Source: Spirochaetia bacterium
GTDB taxonomy: Bacteria > Spirochaetota > Spirochaetia > WTKD01 > G963693115
Length of the DNA: 64,000 nucleotides
Assembly (NCBI GenBank): GCA_965196605.1
Contig: CBDAKK010000003.1
Coordinates: forward strand, 80,821 to 144,820
Direction: 5' to 3'
Of the stretch, positions 1 through 10,519 are shown piece by piece (position 1 is the first letter of the stretch; the number at the start of each line of letters is the position of its first letter). The position numbers were made by a program, and so were the translations under genes. The notes beneath the pieces are model-generated. The model searched no databases, was not told where the DNA came from, and saw nothing but the letters and a program-made list of their open reading frames with translations.

Positions 1-1057
1 TTACCGCAATGCGCGCGTGCTTGCTTTAGACGAACCTACCAGTAGTTTGTCAAAGCTTGAAGCCGACATATTGTTTGGCATTATCAAAAATTTGCGCCAA
101 CAAGGTGTGGTTGTTATTTACATTTCGCACAGACTCGCGGAAGTTTTTGAACTATGCGATGCGTGCACGGTATTAAAAGACGGGATGCACATAGCGACCT
201 ACAAGGCACAGGATGCGCGCATGAACCGCGAAGGGCTTATTGCAGACATGACGGGACAAAAAATAGGCAACATGTACAGCTACCGTGCGCGCACTGTTGG
301 GACAGAGCTGCTAAAGGTGCAGGGTGTTTTGGGACACGGCTTGCAAGAACCCGTTGATATGCATGTGCGCGCAAAAGAAATTGTGGGACTTTTTGGCTTG
401 GTTGGCGCAGGGCGTAGTGAGCTTGCGCGCCTTGTCTACGGGCAGCAGCCCATGAAGCAAGGCAGGCTTATTCTCAACAAACAAGAGGTACGGAGGCATA
501 ATCCGCGCGCGTCAATTAAGGCGGGCATAATGTTTTTGTCAGAAGACCGCAAGAAGGACGGAATAATTCACGGGCGTAGCGTTTTGGAAAACATAAGCAT
601 AAGCAGTAGGCGCAACCTTGCGCGCGCTTCTTTTTTTGTGCAGTGGCATAAAGAGCGCAGCATGGCACAACGCTATGTTGAGAGCCTGTCCATTAAAACG
701 CCGCATCTTTTTCAAGACATTGTCAAGCTCTCAGGTGGCAATCAGCAAAAGGTAATTTTGGCGCGCTGGCTTTCTGAAGAGGGCTTGCAGGTTCTCATTG
801 TTGATGAACCGACACGCGGTATAGACGTTGGTGCAAAGAAGGAAATATATTCCATACTCTATGAACTTGCCGAGAGTGGCGTAGGCATAGTGGTAATTTC
901 AAGCGAACTGCCCGAGATTATGGGCATATGCGACCGGGCATACGTGATGCGCGAAGGGCGCATTTCTTATGAAGTGAGAAGAGATGATTTTGATGAAGAG
1001 CTCATGCTCGAACATGCATTTCCACGGGAGGATGATAGTGATGCACAACATATTTAA
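1..1057 (+). CDS. Sugar ABC transporter ATP-binding protein (CUT2 family), C-terminal part; 5' end outside window
   Basis: ORF 17..1057 is open to the window start. It has a second-NBD signature 'LSGGNQQKVILARWL' and a Walker B 'LIVDEPTRGIDV', typical of RbsA/MglA-type duplicated ATPases. Confidence 0.85.
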   Translation, partial: YRNARVLALDEPTSSLSKLEADILFGIIKNLRQQGVVVIYISHRLAEVFELCDACTVLKDGMHIATYKAQDARMNREGLIADMTGQKIGNMYSYRARTVGTELLKVQGVLGHGLQEPVDMHVRAKEIVGLFGLVGAGRSELARLVYGQQPMKQGRLILNKQEVRRHNPRASIKAGIMFLSEDRKKDGIIHGRSVLENISISSRRNLARASFFVQWHKERSMAQRYVESLSIKTPHLFQDIVKLSGGNQQKVILARWLSEEGLQVLIVDEPTRGIDVGAKKEIYSILYELAESGVGIVVISSELPEIMGICDRAYVMREGRISYEVRRDDFDEELMLEHAFPREDDSDAQHI

Positions 1058-1982
1058 AAACGTTTATAGGGAATCCATGATGGCGCTGGTTTTTCTCATA
1101 GTTTTTGTGCTTTGCGCAGTGAGCGTGCCCTATTTTTTTTCAGCGCGCAACCTTGTGGGGCTGCTGTTGTCTGTTTCGCAAATAGGCATGGTTGCGCCCA
1201 CCATGATGCTCTGCCTTGCCTCACGTGACTTTGATTTGTCCGTAGGTTCGCAAATAGCCTTTTTTTCTGTAGTAAGCGTTTTAATTGTAAATGCTACTTC
1301 GAGCATTGCGCTTTCACTGCTAGGCGTGTGCTTAAGCGGGGCGCTGGTGGGCGCGGCAAATGGCGTGTTTGTCTCCAAGCTTAAAATAAACGCCCTCATT
1401 GCTACCCTTGCAAGCATGCAAATTGTGCGCGGGCTGGCCTTTATTTTTTCCGGCGGGCAGTCTTTAAGCGCCGAGCACAGCGCCTTTTTTGTCATTGGTA
1501 CTACAACGCTTTTTGGGCTGCCCTTGCCTGTGTTTATAACCGCACTTGCCTTTGTGGCCTTTGGTTTTGTGCTCAACTACACGGTTTTTGGGCGCAACGT
1601 GTTGGCGGTTGGCGGCAATGCCGAAGCTACCTACCTTGCGGGGGTACACGTAGACCGGGTGCGCACGCTTAATTTTACCTTGCAAGGAATAATGTGCGCG
1701 CTTGCAGGTTTTATTTTGGCTTCACGCCTTACGAGCGCGCAGCCTACTGTGGCACAGGGCTTTGAGCTCAGCGTTATTTCCGCATGCGTTTTGGGCGGCG
1801 TGTCGCTGTACGGTGGCAAAGCTACCATGCTGGGTGTCATTGCGGGCGTGCTCATTATGGGCACGGTGCAAAACGTCATGAACCTGCTCAACATTCCCGT
1901 GTTTTACCAGTACGTGGTGAGCGGCACTATTTTATTACTTGCCGTAAGTGTAGACAAAATTAAAGAGCTGGGTAGCACCTAG
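1041..1982 (+). CDS. Sugar ABC transporter permease (RbsC/branched-chain-sugar permease family)
   Basis: Polytopic hydrophobic 313 aa protein with the family-typical C-terminal 'LGGVSLYGGKATMLGVIAGVLIMG' segment. An ATG at 1041 is preceded by GGAGG (1026-1030) and overlaps the end of the upstream ATPase gene. Confidence 0.8.
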   Translation: MHNIFKNVYRESMMALVFLIVFVLCAVSVPYFFSARNLVGLLLSVSQIGMVAPTMMLCLASRDFDLSVGSQIAFFSVVSVLIVNATSSIALSLLGVCLSGALVGAANGVFVSKLKINALIATLASMQIVRGLAFIFSGGQSLSAEHSAFFVIGTTTLFGLPLPVFITALAFVAFGFVLNYTVFGRNVLAVGGNAEATYLAGVHVDRVRTLNFTLQGIMCALAGFILASRLTSAQPTVAQGFELSVISACVLGGVSLYGGKATMLGVIAGVLIMGTVQNVMNLLNIPVFYQYVVSGTILLLAVSVDKIKELGST

Positions 1983-2001
1983 CACATGGAGGCATAGTTA
2001 T

Positions 2002-3120
2002 ATGAAAAGTAAAAAGCTTGTTTTGAACAAACCATACGGTACTTTTGAGCTTGTCACGCAAGAGCTGAGCACGGAGTTACAGATGCGCAGCATACTGCTA
2101 AAAACCGAGCTTGTCGGCATATGTGCCACCGATACGCACATTTATAAAGGGGCTCTTGAGAGTATTACATACCCCGTGGTCTTGGGCCATGAGTTTGTCG
2201 GCACAATACACAAAAAGGGCGCTGGTATTACACACGATAGCGCGGGAGTCCCAGTCGAGACGGGCGACAGAATTATTCCCATGCCAGCAACGCCCTGCTA
2301 TGCTTGCTCACAGTGTTTTCTGGCTGATGGGCCGCTCATTGCCTGCGAAAACTACGACGTCACCGGTTTTTCTCAAGACCAAGAAGGGTCTTTTAAAGGT
2401 GGTTTTTCTGAATATATAGAGTTGCATAATCCGAACACACGTTTTTTTAAGAGCGAGTTGGCGCCGCATATTGCCGTGCTTGCCGAGCCATTTTGCACGC
2501 CCATACATGGGGTACAGCGCATTGGAATTACCTTAAGCGATAGCGTGCTTATTCAAGGTTCTGGAGCGGTGGGCATACTTGCAATTGCCGCTGTGCGCGC
2601 CGCAGGGGCAAAGCATGTAATTGTTATTGGTGGCCCTCCTAAGCGACTAGAGCTTTGTAAAAAATTTGGAGCACAGCATGTTATTGACATTTCAGAGATT
2701 GAGGATTCTCACAAAAGAGTGCAAGAAGTGCTGCGCATTACGCGCGGGCGTGGTGTAGATGTTGCCATAGAGGCGGCGGGGGTTGCCTCAGCATTGCCCG
2801 AAGGTATTGCCTGCTTAAGAAATGGAGGCAGGTACTTAGAGCTTGGATGTTTTGCAGATGTGGGAGAAGTATCGCTCAATCCTCACAAAATGTTGCTTGC
2901 AAATAACATTACCCTCAAGGGTTCTTCGGGATATGGAGCAAGCCATTTTTTGCAAGCAATAAAAATACTTGAAATGGGGCATTTCCCCTTTGAGGAGTTG
3001 GTGTCTCATAGATTGCCGCTTAAAGATGCAGAGCAGGGTATTAAGGCACTGCTCCCTGAAAATAAATGGTCTATAGATGGGGTTGAGGCTTTCAAAATTA
3101 CCATCGACCCATCACAATAA
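2002..3120 (+). CDS. Zn-dependent alcohol/polyol dehydrogenase (MDR superfamily, sorbitol/threonine-DH-like)
   Basis: Motifs 'GICATDTHIYKG', 'GHEFVGTI' and the Rossmann 'GSGAVGILAIAA'. RBS GGAGG lies upstream of the ATG at 2002. Confidence 0.85.
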   Translation: MKSKKLVLNKPYGTFELVTQELSTELQMRSILLKTELVGICATDTHIYKGALESITYPVVLGHEFVGTIHKKGAGITHDSAGVPVETGDRIIPMPATPCYACSQCFLADGPLIACENYDVTGFSQDQEGSFKGGFSEYIELHNPNTRFFKSELAPHIAVLAEPFCTPIHGVQRIGITLSDSVLIQGSGAVGILAIAAVRAAGAKHVIVIGGPPKRLELCKKFGAQHVIDISEIEDSHKRVQEVLRITRGRGVDVAIEAAGVASALPEGIACLRNGGRYLELGCFADVGEVSLNPHKMLLANNITLKGSSGYGASHFLQAIKILEMGHFPFEELVSHRLPLKDAEQGIKALLPENKWSIDGVEAFKITIDPSQ

Positions 3121-3144
3121 ATATTTTTTATAAAGGAGTATGAC

Positions 3145-4137
3145 ATGAATAAATTACTATGCGTACTAAGTATTTTGGTAGTAGTAGTATTTGCTTGCGC
3201 AAAAGGCAAAGATAATGAAGGCGCGCTACACGCTAGCAAATCGACAATAGGGCGAGACTTGTCTATAGCGTATTCTTCATACACGCAGCGCGGCCCGTAT
3301 TTTAGCGCTATCAACAAAGCGATAGAAGCAATTACCACAAGCAAGGGCTGGAGTTTTGTTGCAACTGACGCAGAAAACAAGGCAGAAAAACAAATGGCGG
3401 ATGTGGAGGATCTTTTAATAAAAGGGATAGACTACCTCATACTCAACCCCAAGGATGCTGATGCTGGTGTACGTATTGTGAGGGCGGCACAGAAAAAAGA
3501 GATTCCCGTTATTACCATAGACAGCGACATAAGTCCCGAGGCAGCAGTGGTCACAAGGGTTTTGTCTCCCAACTTTGCTTCTAATGCTGAAATAGGGCGC
3601 TATGTTGCCGAGCATTTTGGTGCAACAAAAATTTCAATTGGCATGATAGATGGAGAAAAAGGAAATGTGGTAACAACCCAAAGACGCAATGGATTTATTC
3701 AAGGGCTTGTGAATTGGCAGTTAGACAACAGGGGGGGAACCAACCTTGCAATACGCGCACTACTCTACACGGCGTGGGATGCCGAAGGGGGTGTGCGCGG
3801 CACGGAGGATTTACTCAGCGGTTTTGATGACTTGAATGTGATATACGTAACTACTGATGATATGGCTCGGGGGGCTATTCGCACTTTGGAGGCTTCTGAA
3901 AAACAAAACGACATACAAGTAGTTGGCTTTGATGGGAGCAACGAAGGAATAAAATTGGTGCGCGATGGCAGCTATTTTGCAACGGCGCTTAATAACCCCA
4001 CGCTTATGGTAGAACAAGTCTTTGAAGTAATAGAAGCCTATGAAGGAGGGCAGCGAGCATTTCCCTCGGTAATAAGTTATGAGCCAGTCATTATAACGCA
4101 AGATACCGCGGATGCCTACGTGGGCAAGGGTTTTTAA
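3145..4137 (+). CDS. Periplasmic sugar-binding lipoprotein (LacI/RbsB-type PBP fold) of an ABC importer
   Basis: Signal peptide plus a lipobox-like 'VVVFAC'. Type-I PBP sugar-binding architecture. It is the first gene of an SBP-ATPase-permease operon. Confidence 0.8.
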   Translation: MNKLLCVLSILVVVVFACAKGKDNEGALHASKSTIGRDLSIAYSSYTQRGPYFSAINKAIEAITTSKGWSFVATDAENKAEKQMADVEDLLIKGIDYLILNPKDADAGVRIVRAAQKKEIPVITIDSDISPEAAVVTRVLSPNFASNAEIGRYVAEHFGATKISIGMIDGEKGNVVTTQRRNGFIQGLVNWQLDNRGGTNLAIRALLYTAWDAEGGVRGTEDLLSGFDDLNVIYVTTDDMARGAIRTLEASEKQNDIQVVGFDGSNEGIKLVRDGSYFATALNNPTLMVEQVFEVIEAYEGGQRAFPSVISYEPVIITQDTADAYVGKGF

Positions 4138-4174
4138 CGCGCTCAAGCCACCTGCGCGTGTGAGTAGCAAAAGC

Positions 4175-5665
4175 ATGATAACAATTACCAAGCTGTCTAA
4201 AAACTACGGAGGTATACATGCCCTTACAAATGTCTCGTTGCATGTTGCAAAGGGTAAAGTGCATAGTATTTGTGGAGAAAATGGCGCGGGGAAATCCACA
4301 CTCATAAAAATACTTGCAGGAGCAACACCGAAAAGCTCCGGGGTTTTAGAAATTGACAAGCAGGTGGTACATAGGCTTTCTCCAAAGCGGAGCATGCAAC
4401 TTGGCATAGCGGTTGTCTATCAAGAATTTTCGCTTATTGAAGATCTTTCCATAGCGGAAAATATATATTTAAGCGATATACATGCATATTCTCGGAATAT
4501 GTTTGTCAATGATACACGGATGCTCATTGACTGCACAGCGCTGTTGCAGCGTTTGCATATGCACTTTAACCCAAAGCTGCGCGTCTCTAGGCTTTCTACT
4601 GCGGAAAAGCAGCTTATTGAAATTGCAAAGGCCTTATCCAAGAACGCGAAAATTCTTATTTTAGATGAACCTACAGCAGTGCTGTCTGTCTCTGAAACAA
4701 AAACCTTATTTGAACTCCTGCTTGAATTAAAAAGCAAGGGCGTCACAATTCTCTATGTTTCTCATAGGCTACAAGAAGTACTGCATTTATCAGACAGCAT
4801 TTCGGTTTTTAGAAATGGCATGTGCGTTGCTAGTGGTGCTAAAAAGACTTTTTCAGAAGAAACAATTATTAAACACATGCTGGACAAAAAGCGCACAAAA
4901 GACCACAAGCACAAAGCAGCCCTACCAAGCAAAAAAACAGAGGTGCTTATGCGCGGTGAGAACATACGCTCACGCACGGGTGTAAAGGGTGCTAACTTTG
5001 TGGTACACAAGGGCGAAGTAGTCGGCATTGCTGGCATTGTTGGCTCAGGCAGAACCGAGCTAAGCCGCGTTTTGTTTGGCATTGATGCAATGACGGGCGG
5101 AAGATTGGAGTACAAGGGCGCGCACTTACGCATTAAAAATGCGCGCCATGCAATGCAATTAGGCATTGCCCTTGTGCCTGAGAGCAGAAAAGATCATGGG
5201 TGCATCATCGACATGAGCGTAAGGGCTAATATAGTGCTGCCACAACAAGGTTCGTTTTTACGTGCTTCATTCTTTGTGGATGAGAAAAAAGAAATAGCAT
5301 ATACACAGAGCAGTATTAAAAAATTTCAGATAAAAAGCACGCACGGCGATGCTGTAAAAAACGCGAGTGGGGGAAATCAGCAAAAGGTGGTGCTCGCCAA
5401 ATGGATGAGCATGAATCCAACCTTGCTTATTCTGGATGAACCCACACGAGGTATTGATGTAGGTGCAAAAGATGAAGTCTATGCTTTTATTCGCGATTAC
5501 AGCGCAGGCGGGGGAAGCGTGATTCTTATTTCCTCGGAATTATTTGAACTGAGATTATTAAGCGACAGAATATATGTGATGAACAAGGGTGTTTTGTCAC
5601 CTCAATTGGAAGGCGACGAAATAGATGAAGTTACTATTATGAAGTACGCACTAGGGGTACTATGA
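4175..5665 (+). CDS. Sugar ABC transporter ATP-binding protein (duplicated NBDs)
   Basis: Two Walker A motifs ('GENGAGKST', 'GIVGSGRTEL') and the signature 'ASGGNQQKVVLAKW'. The start is chosen at the ATG 4175 (MITITKL). Confidence 0.85.
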   Translation: MITITKLSKNYGGIHALTNVSLHVAKGKVHSICGENGAGKSTLIKILAGATPKSSGVLEIDKQVVHRLSPKRSMQLGIAVVYQEFSLIEDLSIAENIYLSDIHAYSRNMFVNDTRMLIDCTALLQRLHMHFNPKLRVSRLSTAEKQLIEIAKALSKNAKILILDEPTAVLSVSETKTLFELLLELKSKGVTILYVSHRLQEVLHLSDSISVFRNGMCVASGAKKTFSEETIIKHMLDKKRTKDHKHKAALPSKKTEVLMRGENIRSRTGVKGANFVVHKGEVVGIAGIVGSGRTELSRVLFGIDAMTGGRLEYKGAHLRIKNARHAMQLGIALVPESRKDHGCIIDMSVRANIVLPQQGSFLRASFFVDEKKEIAYTQSSIKKFQIKSTHGDAVKNASGGNQQKVVLAKWMSMNPTLLILDEPTRGIDVGAKDEVYAFIRDYSAGGGSVILISSELFELRLLSDRIYVMNKGVLSPQLEGDEIDEVTIMKYALGVL

Positions 5666-6627
5666 AACAAAACGCAAACAGCGCAATAAAACACGCAAAA
5701 TTAGTTGTTGGCCTGATGCAAGAAAACGTGATTATAATTTCATTTTTCAGCATAGCCATTGTGGGCGGAATTTTTGCCGAGAATTTTTTCTCACTTCAAA
5801 ATATCAACAACGTACTAAAACAAAGCGTCCCCACGGTTATGGTTTCCATGGCCATGCTGATGATAATTGTAACGGGTGGCATAGACCTTTCCGTGGGCTC
5901 GGTGCTGGCCCTGCTGTCCGTAATTATTGCCAAGGCTTCTCTCTCCCACGGCTTGGGAATAGGGGTGTTCGTTGGGCTCATGTGTGCTTTGCTCATAGGC
6001 ATGCTCAATGGCGCGCTCATTACCTATGGGAAAATGGCACCCTTTATAGCAACCCTTGTCACCATGTCGGCCGCTAGAGGCTTGGCCCTCATTATTTCTG
6101 ATGGAACAACCCTGTATTTACAAGACAGTGCAGTTCTCGATTTTTTTTCTGAAGCAACAATGCTAGGCATTCCCATACTCGCCTATGGTGCCCTCTTAGT
6201 TGTTGTTTGTTTTTTCCTGATAAAGAACAAGACCTATCTCGGCAGGTTTTGGGTTGCAATTGGCTCAAACAAAAATGCTGCCTACTTTGCGGGCATTAAC
6301 GTAAAAAAATATGAATTGATACCCTACGTATTATGTGCAATAGCATCTACCTGTGCTGCGTTTGCATATATGGCGAGAACTGCAACCGCCTCGCCTATTA
6401 TGGCGCAGGGCTTTGAACTAGACGTAATTGCTGCAGTAGTCATTGGTGGAGCAAGAATGTCGGGAGGGCGAGGCAGCGTTTTAAACACCCTTATCGGCGC
6501 GCTCATTTTAGGGCTCATTTCCAACTTAATGAACTTGCTCGGCATCCCGGGGTATCATCAACAAATAATAAAAGGCATTTTAATTGCTATTGCCGTATTG
6601 AGCGAAAACTTAAAAACAAGTACCTAA
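5662..6627 (+). CDS. Sugar ABC transporter permease (RbsC family)
   Basis: Hydrophobic 321 aa protein. Its start overlaps the stop of the ATPase gene, and it is paralogous to the 1041..1982 product. Confidence 0.8.
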   Translation: MKQNANSAIKHAKLVVGLMQENVIIISFFSIAIVGGIFAENFFSLQNINNVLKQSVPTVMVSMAMLMIIVTGGIDLSVGSVLALLSVIIAKASLSHGLGIGVFVGLMCALLIGMLNGALITYGKMAPFIATLVTMSAARGLALIISDGTTLYLQDSAVLDFFSEATMLGIPILAYGALLVVVCFFLIKNKTYLGRFWVAIGSNKNAAYFAGINVKKYELIPYVLCAIASTCAAFAYMARTATASPIMAQGFELDVIAAVVIGGARMSGGRGSVLNTLIGALILGLISNLMNLLGIPGYHQQIIKGILIAIAVLSENLKTST

Positions 6628-6663
6628 ATGTAGGCACAAACCACATAATATGAGGAGTGATGT

Positions 6664-7830
6664 ATGAAAATAACTGATGTGAAAGTATGGCTGGTAGAAG
6701 GAGCAAAGTACAACTGGACGCTGCTTAAAATTTACACCGATGAGGGCTACACAGGCGTGGGTGAAGCGACCAACTGGCCCGGGAGCCCCGTTATTGAAGC
6801 AGCTGCGCAGCACATTGGCGAGCGCATTATAGGGCTGAACCCGCTGCAAATAGACTTTATTTGGACCAAGCTTTACCGCGACCTCAACTGGATAGGCCCC
6901 TTTGGCGCAAGCATGTGCGCAATAAGCGGCATAGACATGGCCTTGCTTGACTTAAAGGCAAAGTTGCTGGGCGTACCCTGTTATGAACTGCTGGGTGGCG
7001 CCTTTAGAACCAGCATTCCCTTGTATGCAAATTATTGGTTTACGCAGGGGCAGCACACAGAACAAGACTACGCACGGCAAGCCACACGCGTTGTTGAAGA
7101 TGGCTTTGAAGCCTTAAAGTTTGACCCCTTTGCACACACCAACTACTTGTACGGCGAAGACCTGAGTACAAACTTGTCGCTTACTAAGGCGCAACAAGAG
7201 AGGGCATATGCCATAACAAAGGCCGTGCGGGACGCCGTAGGCCCCAATGTACAAATGATGATTGAAACCCACGCCATGCTTAATTATCAAAACGCCATTG
7301 TAATGGCGGAGCGGCTCAAGTCGCTTGACATTACGTGGTACGAAGAGCCCGCTGGCCCAGAGAACGTGGAAACACTCAAAGCGTTGAGAAAGCGCATAGA
7401 CCCCGCGGTTTCCATTTGTGTTGGTGAGCGCCACTATACACGCTACAACTTTAAGCCGCTTTTAGAAAACTACGTCTGCGACATTATTATGCCGGACATA
7501 ACGCGTTGCGGCGGCCCCTCAGAAATGAAGCGCATTGCAAGCATGGCAGAAATTTACAACGTGCTCATAGCCCCGCACAACCCCAATGGCCCCTTAAGCA
7601 CGCTTGCAAGCGCCCATGTGTGCGCGGCCATTCCCAACTTTTTTAGGCTGGAGTTTATAAAAAACGACGTGCCGTGGCGAGATAGCATCATCACCGCACC
7701 ATTGCCCGTAAAAGACGGCGCGCTGCATCTCTCACAAGAGGCGGGCTTGGGCGTAGACTTGGTAGAAGAAGCAATGCTTGAACACCCCGGCGTGCGCGAA
7801 ATGCGGAGTAAGGAAAACTTTTATGTCTAG
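6664..7830 (+). CDS. Enolase-superfamily dehydratase, D-galactonate dehydratase (DgoD)-like
   Basis: N-terminus 'MKITDVKVW...LLKIYTDEGYTGVGEA' together with 'SGIDMALLDLKAKLLGVPCYELLGG' matches the DgoD/mandelate-racemase family pattern. Length is 388 aa. Confidence 0.8.
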   Translation: MKITDVKVWLVEGAKYNWTLLKIYTDEGYTGVGEATNWPGSPVIEAAAQHIGERIIGLNPLQIDFIWTKLYRDLNWIGPFGASMCAISGIDMALLDLKAKLLGVPCYELLGGAFRTSIPLYANYWFTQGQHTEQDYARQATRVVEDGFEALKFDPFAHTNYLYGEDLSTNLSLTKAQQERAYAITKAVRDAVGPNVQMMIETHAMLNYQNAIVMAERLKSLDITWYEEPAGPENVETLKALRKRIDPAVSICVGERHYTRYNFKPLLENYVCDIIMPDITRCGGPSEMKRIASMAEIYNVLIAPHNPNGPLSTLASAHVCAAIPNFFRLEFIKNDVPWRDSIITAPLPVKDGALHLSQEAGLGVDLVEEAMLEHPGVREMRSKENFYV

Positions 7831-8737
7831 TGAAACAAGCCTCATGCGTGAAGAAGCGTGGCGGGGCATACTCCCCATAGTCTCCGTGCCCTTTCACGCT
7901 GATGAAGCAGTAGACTACGGCGGCTTTGTAGACACGCTGCGCTACATTGACAAAACACGCTGCACTGCCATGGTGCTTTTTGGCATTGCAAGTGAATTTT
8001 ACAAGCTCTGCGATGAGGAAAAAACCACGCTTGTCGAGGCATTTGTCACTCACCAAACAAGCAAGCAAAGGGTAATTTCCATTACAGACCACGCGAGCCA
8101 CCTAGCGGTGAAAAAAGCCGTGCAGTACCAAAGCATGGGTTGTGACGCGCTCATGCTGCTGCCGCCTTTTTTTCTTAAGCCTTCAAAAAAAGAAATTATG
8201 CGCCACATACGCGCAGTGCTTGAGGCCGTGTCTCTGCCCGTCATTGTGCAAATTGCGCCCAATGAAACAGGCACAACATATGAAGTGCATGAAATTATCA
8301 GCCTTTGCAAAGAGTTTCCACATTGCATGTTGAAGATAGAGGGCTCACCAATACCCGATGCCTTTATTAAGGCCTTGCGAAATGCGGAAAAGCGCTTGCG
8401 CATTTTCAACGGATACGCGGGTATATACATGCCTCAAATGCTCGCAATGGGCTGCGCGGGCATTATGCCGGGCTGCTCGTTTATTGAGTTGTACACCACC
8501 ATATATGAGCTTTACGAGCGCGGTGACATTGATGCAGCACAAGGGCTTCACGCAAAGTTTGTACCTTATGGAAAAACGTGGATGAGTTCTTGTGAGTACA
8601 TCATCAAGGTTGAAAAATACATTTTGATGAAGCGCGGCGTTATACAAAGCGACACATGCCGCAGCCCCTCATATGATTTGGCAGCCCATGATTATGAAGA
8701 CGTGGAAGTATTTTTAAAAACATGCGAGCTGCTGTAG
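7823..8737 (+). CDS. DapA/DHDPS-family aldolase (2-keto-3-deoxy-sugar-acid aldolase-like)
   Basis: 'GILPIVSVPFHADEAVDYGGFVDTLRYI' is a DHDPS-family N-terminal pattern. The ATG at 7823 follows an AAGGA RBS and overlaps the DgoD-like stop codon. Confidence 0.7.
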   Translation: MSSETSLMREEAWRGILPIVSVPFHADEAVDYGGFVDTLRYIDKTRCTAMVLFGIASEFYKLCDEEKTTLVEAFVTHQTSKQRVISITDHASHLAVKKAVQYQSMGCDALMLLPPFFLKPSKKEIMRHIRAVLEAVSLPVIVQIAPNETGTTYEVHEIISLCKEFPHCMLKIEGSPIPDAFIKALRNAEKRLRIFNGYAGIYMPQMLAMGCAGIMPGCSFIELYTTIYELYERGDIDAAQGLHAKFVPYGKTWMSSCEYIIKVEKYILMKRGVIQSDTCRSPSYDLAAHDYEDVEVFLKTCELL

Positions 8738-8761
8738 CACGGCATAATGCGAGGTTAAAAC

Positions 8762-9559
8762 ATGCGTTTGAAACACAAAGTAGCTATTGTAACGGGAGGG
8801 GCGCAAGGCATAGGGGCCGCCATTGTCCGTGCCTTTGTAGAAGAAGGCGCGCGTGTACTCATATGCGACATGCTCATTGAAAAGGCAGAAGAGACACGGC
8901 GTGAAATTATGGCGGCAGTCCCCTCCCATGCGCAGCTTGCATGCCACCAATGCGACATAACGCGCGTAAGCGAGGTAGAAGCCATGGTTGCCGCATGTGT
9001 AGAAGCACTGGGACAGCCTCAGGTGCTAGTAAACAACGCGGGGAGAAATTTTTTCAATGAGCCGCTTGAGACCACAGAGGACGAGTGGCGGCGCTGCATT
9101 GACAACGACTTAAGCGGCGCGTGGAACTGCGCGCGGGCAGTGCTGCCCCACATGGTGAAAAACAAGGACGGCTCAATTATAAACATGTGCTCCGTGCACG
9201 GGCATAAAATTATTCCTTCTTGTTTCCCCTACCCTGTTGCAAAACACGGACTCATTGGGCTCACAAAAGCCTTAGGCGTAGAGTACGCGCAGCACAATGT
9301 ACGCGTTAATTCCATTTCGCCCGGCTTAATAGAAACGCCCTTGGCGCTGCGCTGGTATGAGGAGTCAGTCGCGCAGGGGCTTGCAGAGGATGTGGAGAGT
9401 TTTCGCAAACAACAAGCCGAGGTGTTACCCTGCAAGCGCGTGGGTAGCCCGCGCGAAGTAGCAATGCTCACCGTGTTTCTCGCCTCAGACGAAGCACCCT
9501 TCATCAACGCCACCGACATAGTCATGGACGGAGGGCGCAGCGCGCTGTATCACGAGTGA
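8762..9559 (+). CDS. SDR-family oxidoreductase (short-chain dehydrogenase)
   Basis: 'VAIVTGGAQGIGAAI' glycine motif, NNAG, and a YxxxK-type active-site region. Length is 265 aa. Confidence 0.85.
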   Translation: MRLKHKVAIVTGGAQGIGAAIVRAFVEEGARVLICDMLIEKAEETRREIMAAVPSHAQLACHQCDITRVSEVEAMVAACVEALGQPQVLVNNAGRNFFNEPLETTEDEWRRCIDNDLSGAWNCARAVLPHMVKNKDGSIINMCSVHGHKIIPSCFPYPVAKHGLIGLTKALGVEYAQHNVRVNSISPGLIETPLALRWYEESVAQGLAEDVESFRKQQAEVLPCKRVGSPREVAMLTVFLASDEAPFINATDIVMDGGRSALYHE

Positions 9560-9704
9560 AGTTTAAAAGTAGCAAAATGGCTTACGTTTGATTCGTGGTT
9601 ATTTTTCATATTGCAGTTCCTTGTTCTCCCCCACTCCCTTGTCGATATTACTTATTTACTATTGTCGCTCAAGCAAAAATCACCAAAAGTGGTATTATAC
9701 AAAT

Positions 9705-9995
9705 ATGGAGAGACTTAGCAAAAAAGACATATCCTTAGAACAGATGGCTACACATGTTGATATTCTATCGACAAATTTTGATATTCTATCGACAAAGTTT
9801 GATATCTTATCGACAAAAGTCGACAATACATTTGATGTCCTTTCGACAAAAATTGATAATACCAATGAAAGAATTACCAATCTTGAGCAACGACTTGTTT
9901 CTAAGATAAATACCATGCAGTGGATAGGTGGACTCTTGACGGTGGGAATTTTTTTACCCATTGTTTTTGCATTATGGCAAAACATATTTAAGTGA
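9705..9995 (+). CDS. Small coiled-coil/heptad-repeat protein with a C-terminal transmembrane anchor (XhlA-like architecture, speculative)
   Basis: Heptad repeats 'DILSTNF DILSTKF DILSTKV' followed by the hydrophobic tail 'WIGGLLTVGIFLPIVFALW'. It is a paralog of the 62612..63097 product. Confidence 0.5.
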   Translation: MERLSKKDISLEQMATHVDILSTNFDILSTKFDILSTKVDNTFDVLSTKIDNTNERITNLEQRLVSKINTMQWIGGLLTVGIFLPIVFALWQNIFK

Positions 9996-10201
9996 TCTCA
10001 TAACTTGAATAGTGCCTGTACACGGCTATCATCAAATTCACTAATTAATACTCTGTGTTCTGAAGTAGTTGCTTTTAGAAAGCAGCGCTTTTCATATAGT
10101 AAAGAAGCACAAAATAACTACGAGACACACGCCACAAGTTTTGCATGTGCCGCCAAAATAACATGTCAAGCATTCACTGTGAATAAAGCCACACGATAGC
10201 T

Positions 10202-10519
10202 TCATGCATACAACTCATCTTTGGTGAATAAAGTTTTGGCACATGCATCGATATGCCTCTTAAACGGCGGATAGGTAATGCGACTATAGTTTGCTATATC
10301 AACATTATAAGGCAACATACTTTCCAAAAAGCACGTATAGAGACGGTCTTTTTCTTGTTCTGTAATATCGCCATAAATAACCAAATCAATATCTGAATTA
10401 GGTCTATAATGACCAGTTGCTCGCGATCCAAATAAAGCAACAGAGCTAATATTGTTACAGTTGCTTTTGAGTGTTTTTCTTATGACGTCTAAATAAGAAA
10501 TTCTTAATCCATGATTCAT
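10202..10519 (-). CDS. Minimal nucleotidyltransferase (MNT) toxin/antitoxin component
   Basis: Pol-beta NTase motif 'LFGSRATGHYRPNSDIDLVIYGD'. Length is 105 aa. Its coding sequence overlaps the upstream HEPN-type gene. Confidence 0.8.
   Translation of the reverse strand: MNHGLRISYLDVIRKTLKSNCNNISSVALFGSRATGHYRPNSDIDLVIYGDITEQEKDRLYTCFLESMLPYNVDIANYSRITYPPFKRHIDACAKTLFTKDELYA

Noticed and set aside
1130-1894. Antisense ORFs (148, 73, 87 aa) inside the ABC permease gene, and similar antisense ORFs inside the NHL lipoprotein gene (41717..42949) and the DUF285 genes
   Set aside because: They overlap well-supported sense genes and are repetitive low-complexity translations of the opposite strand, a typical six-frame artefact.
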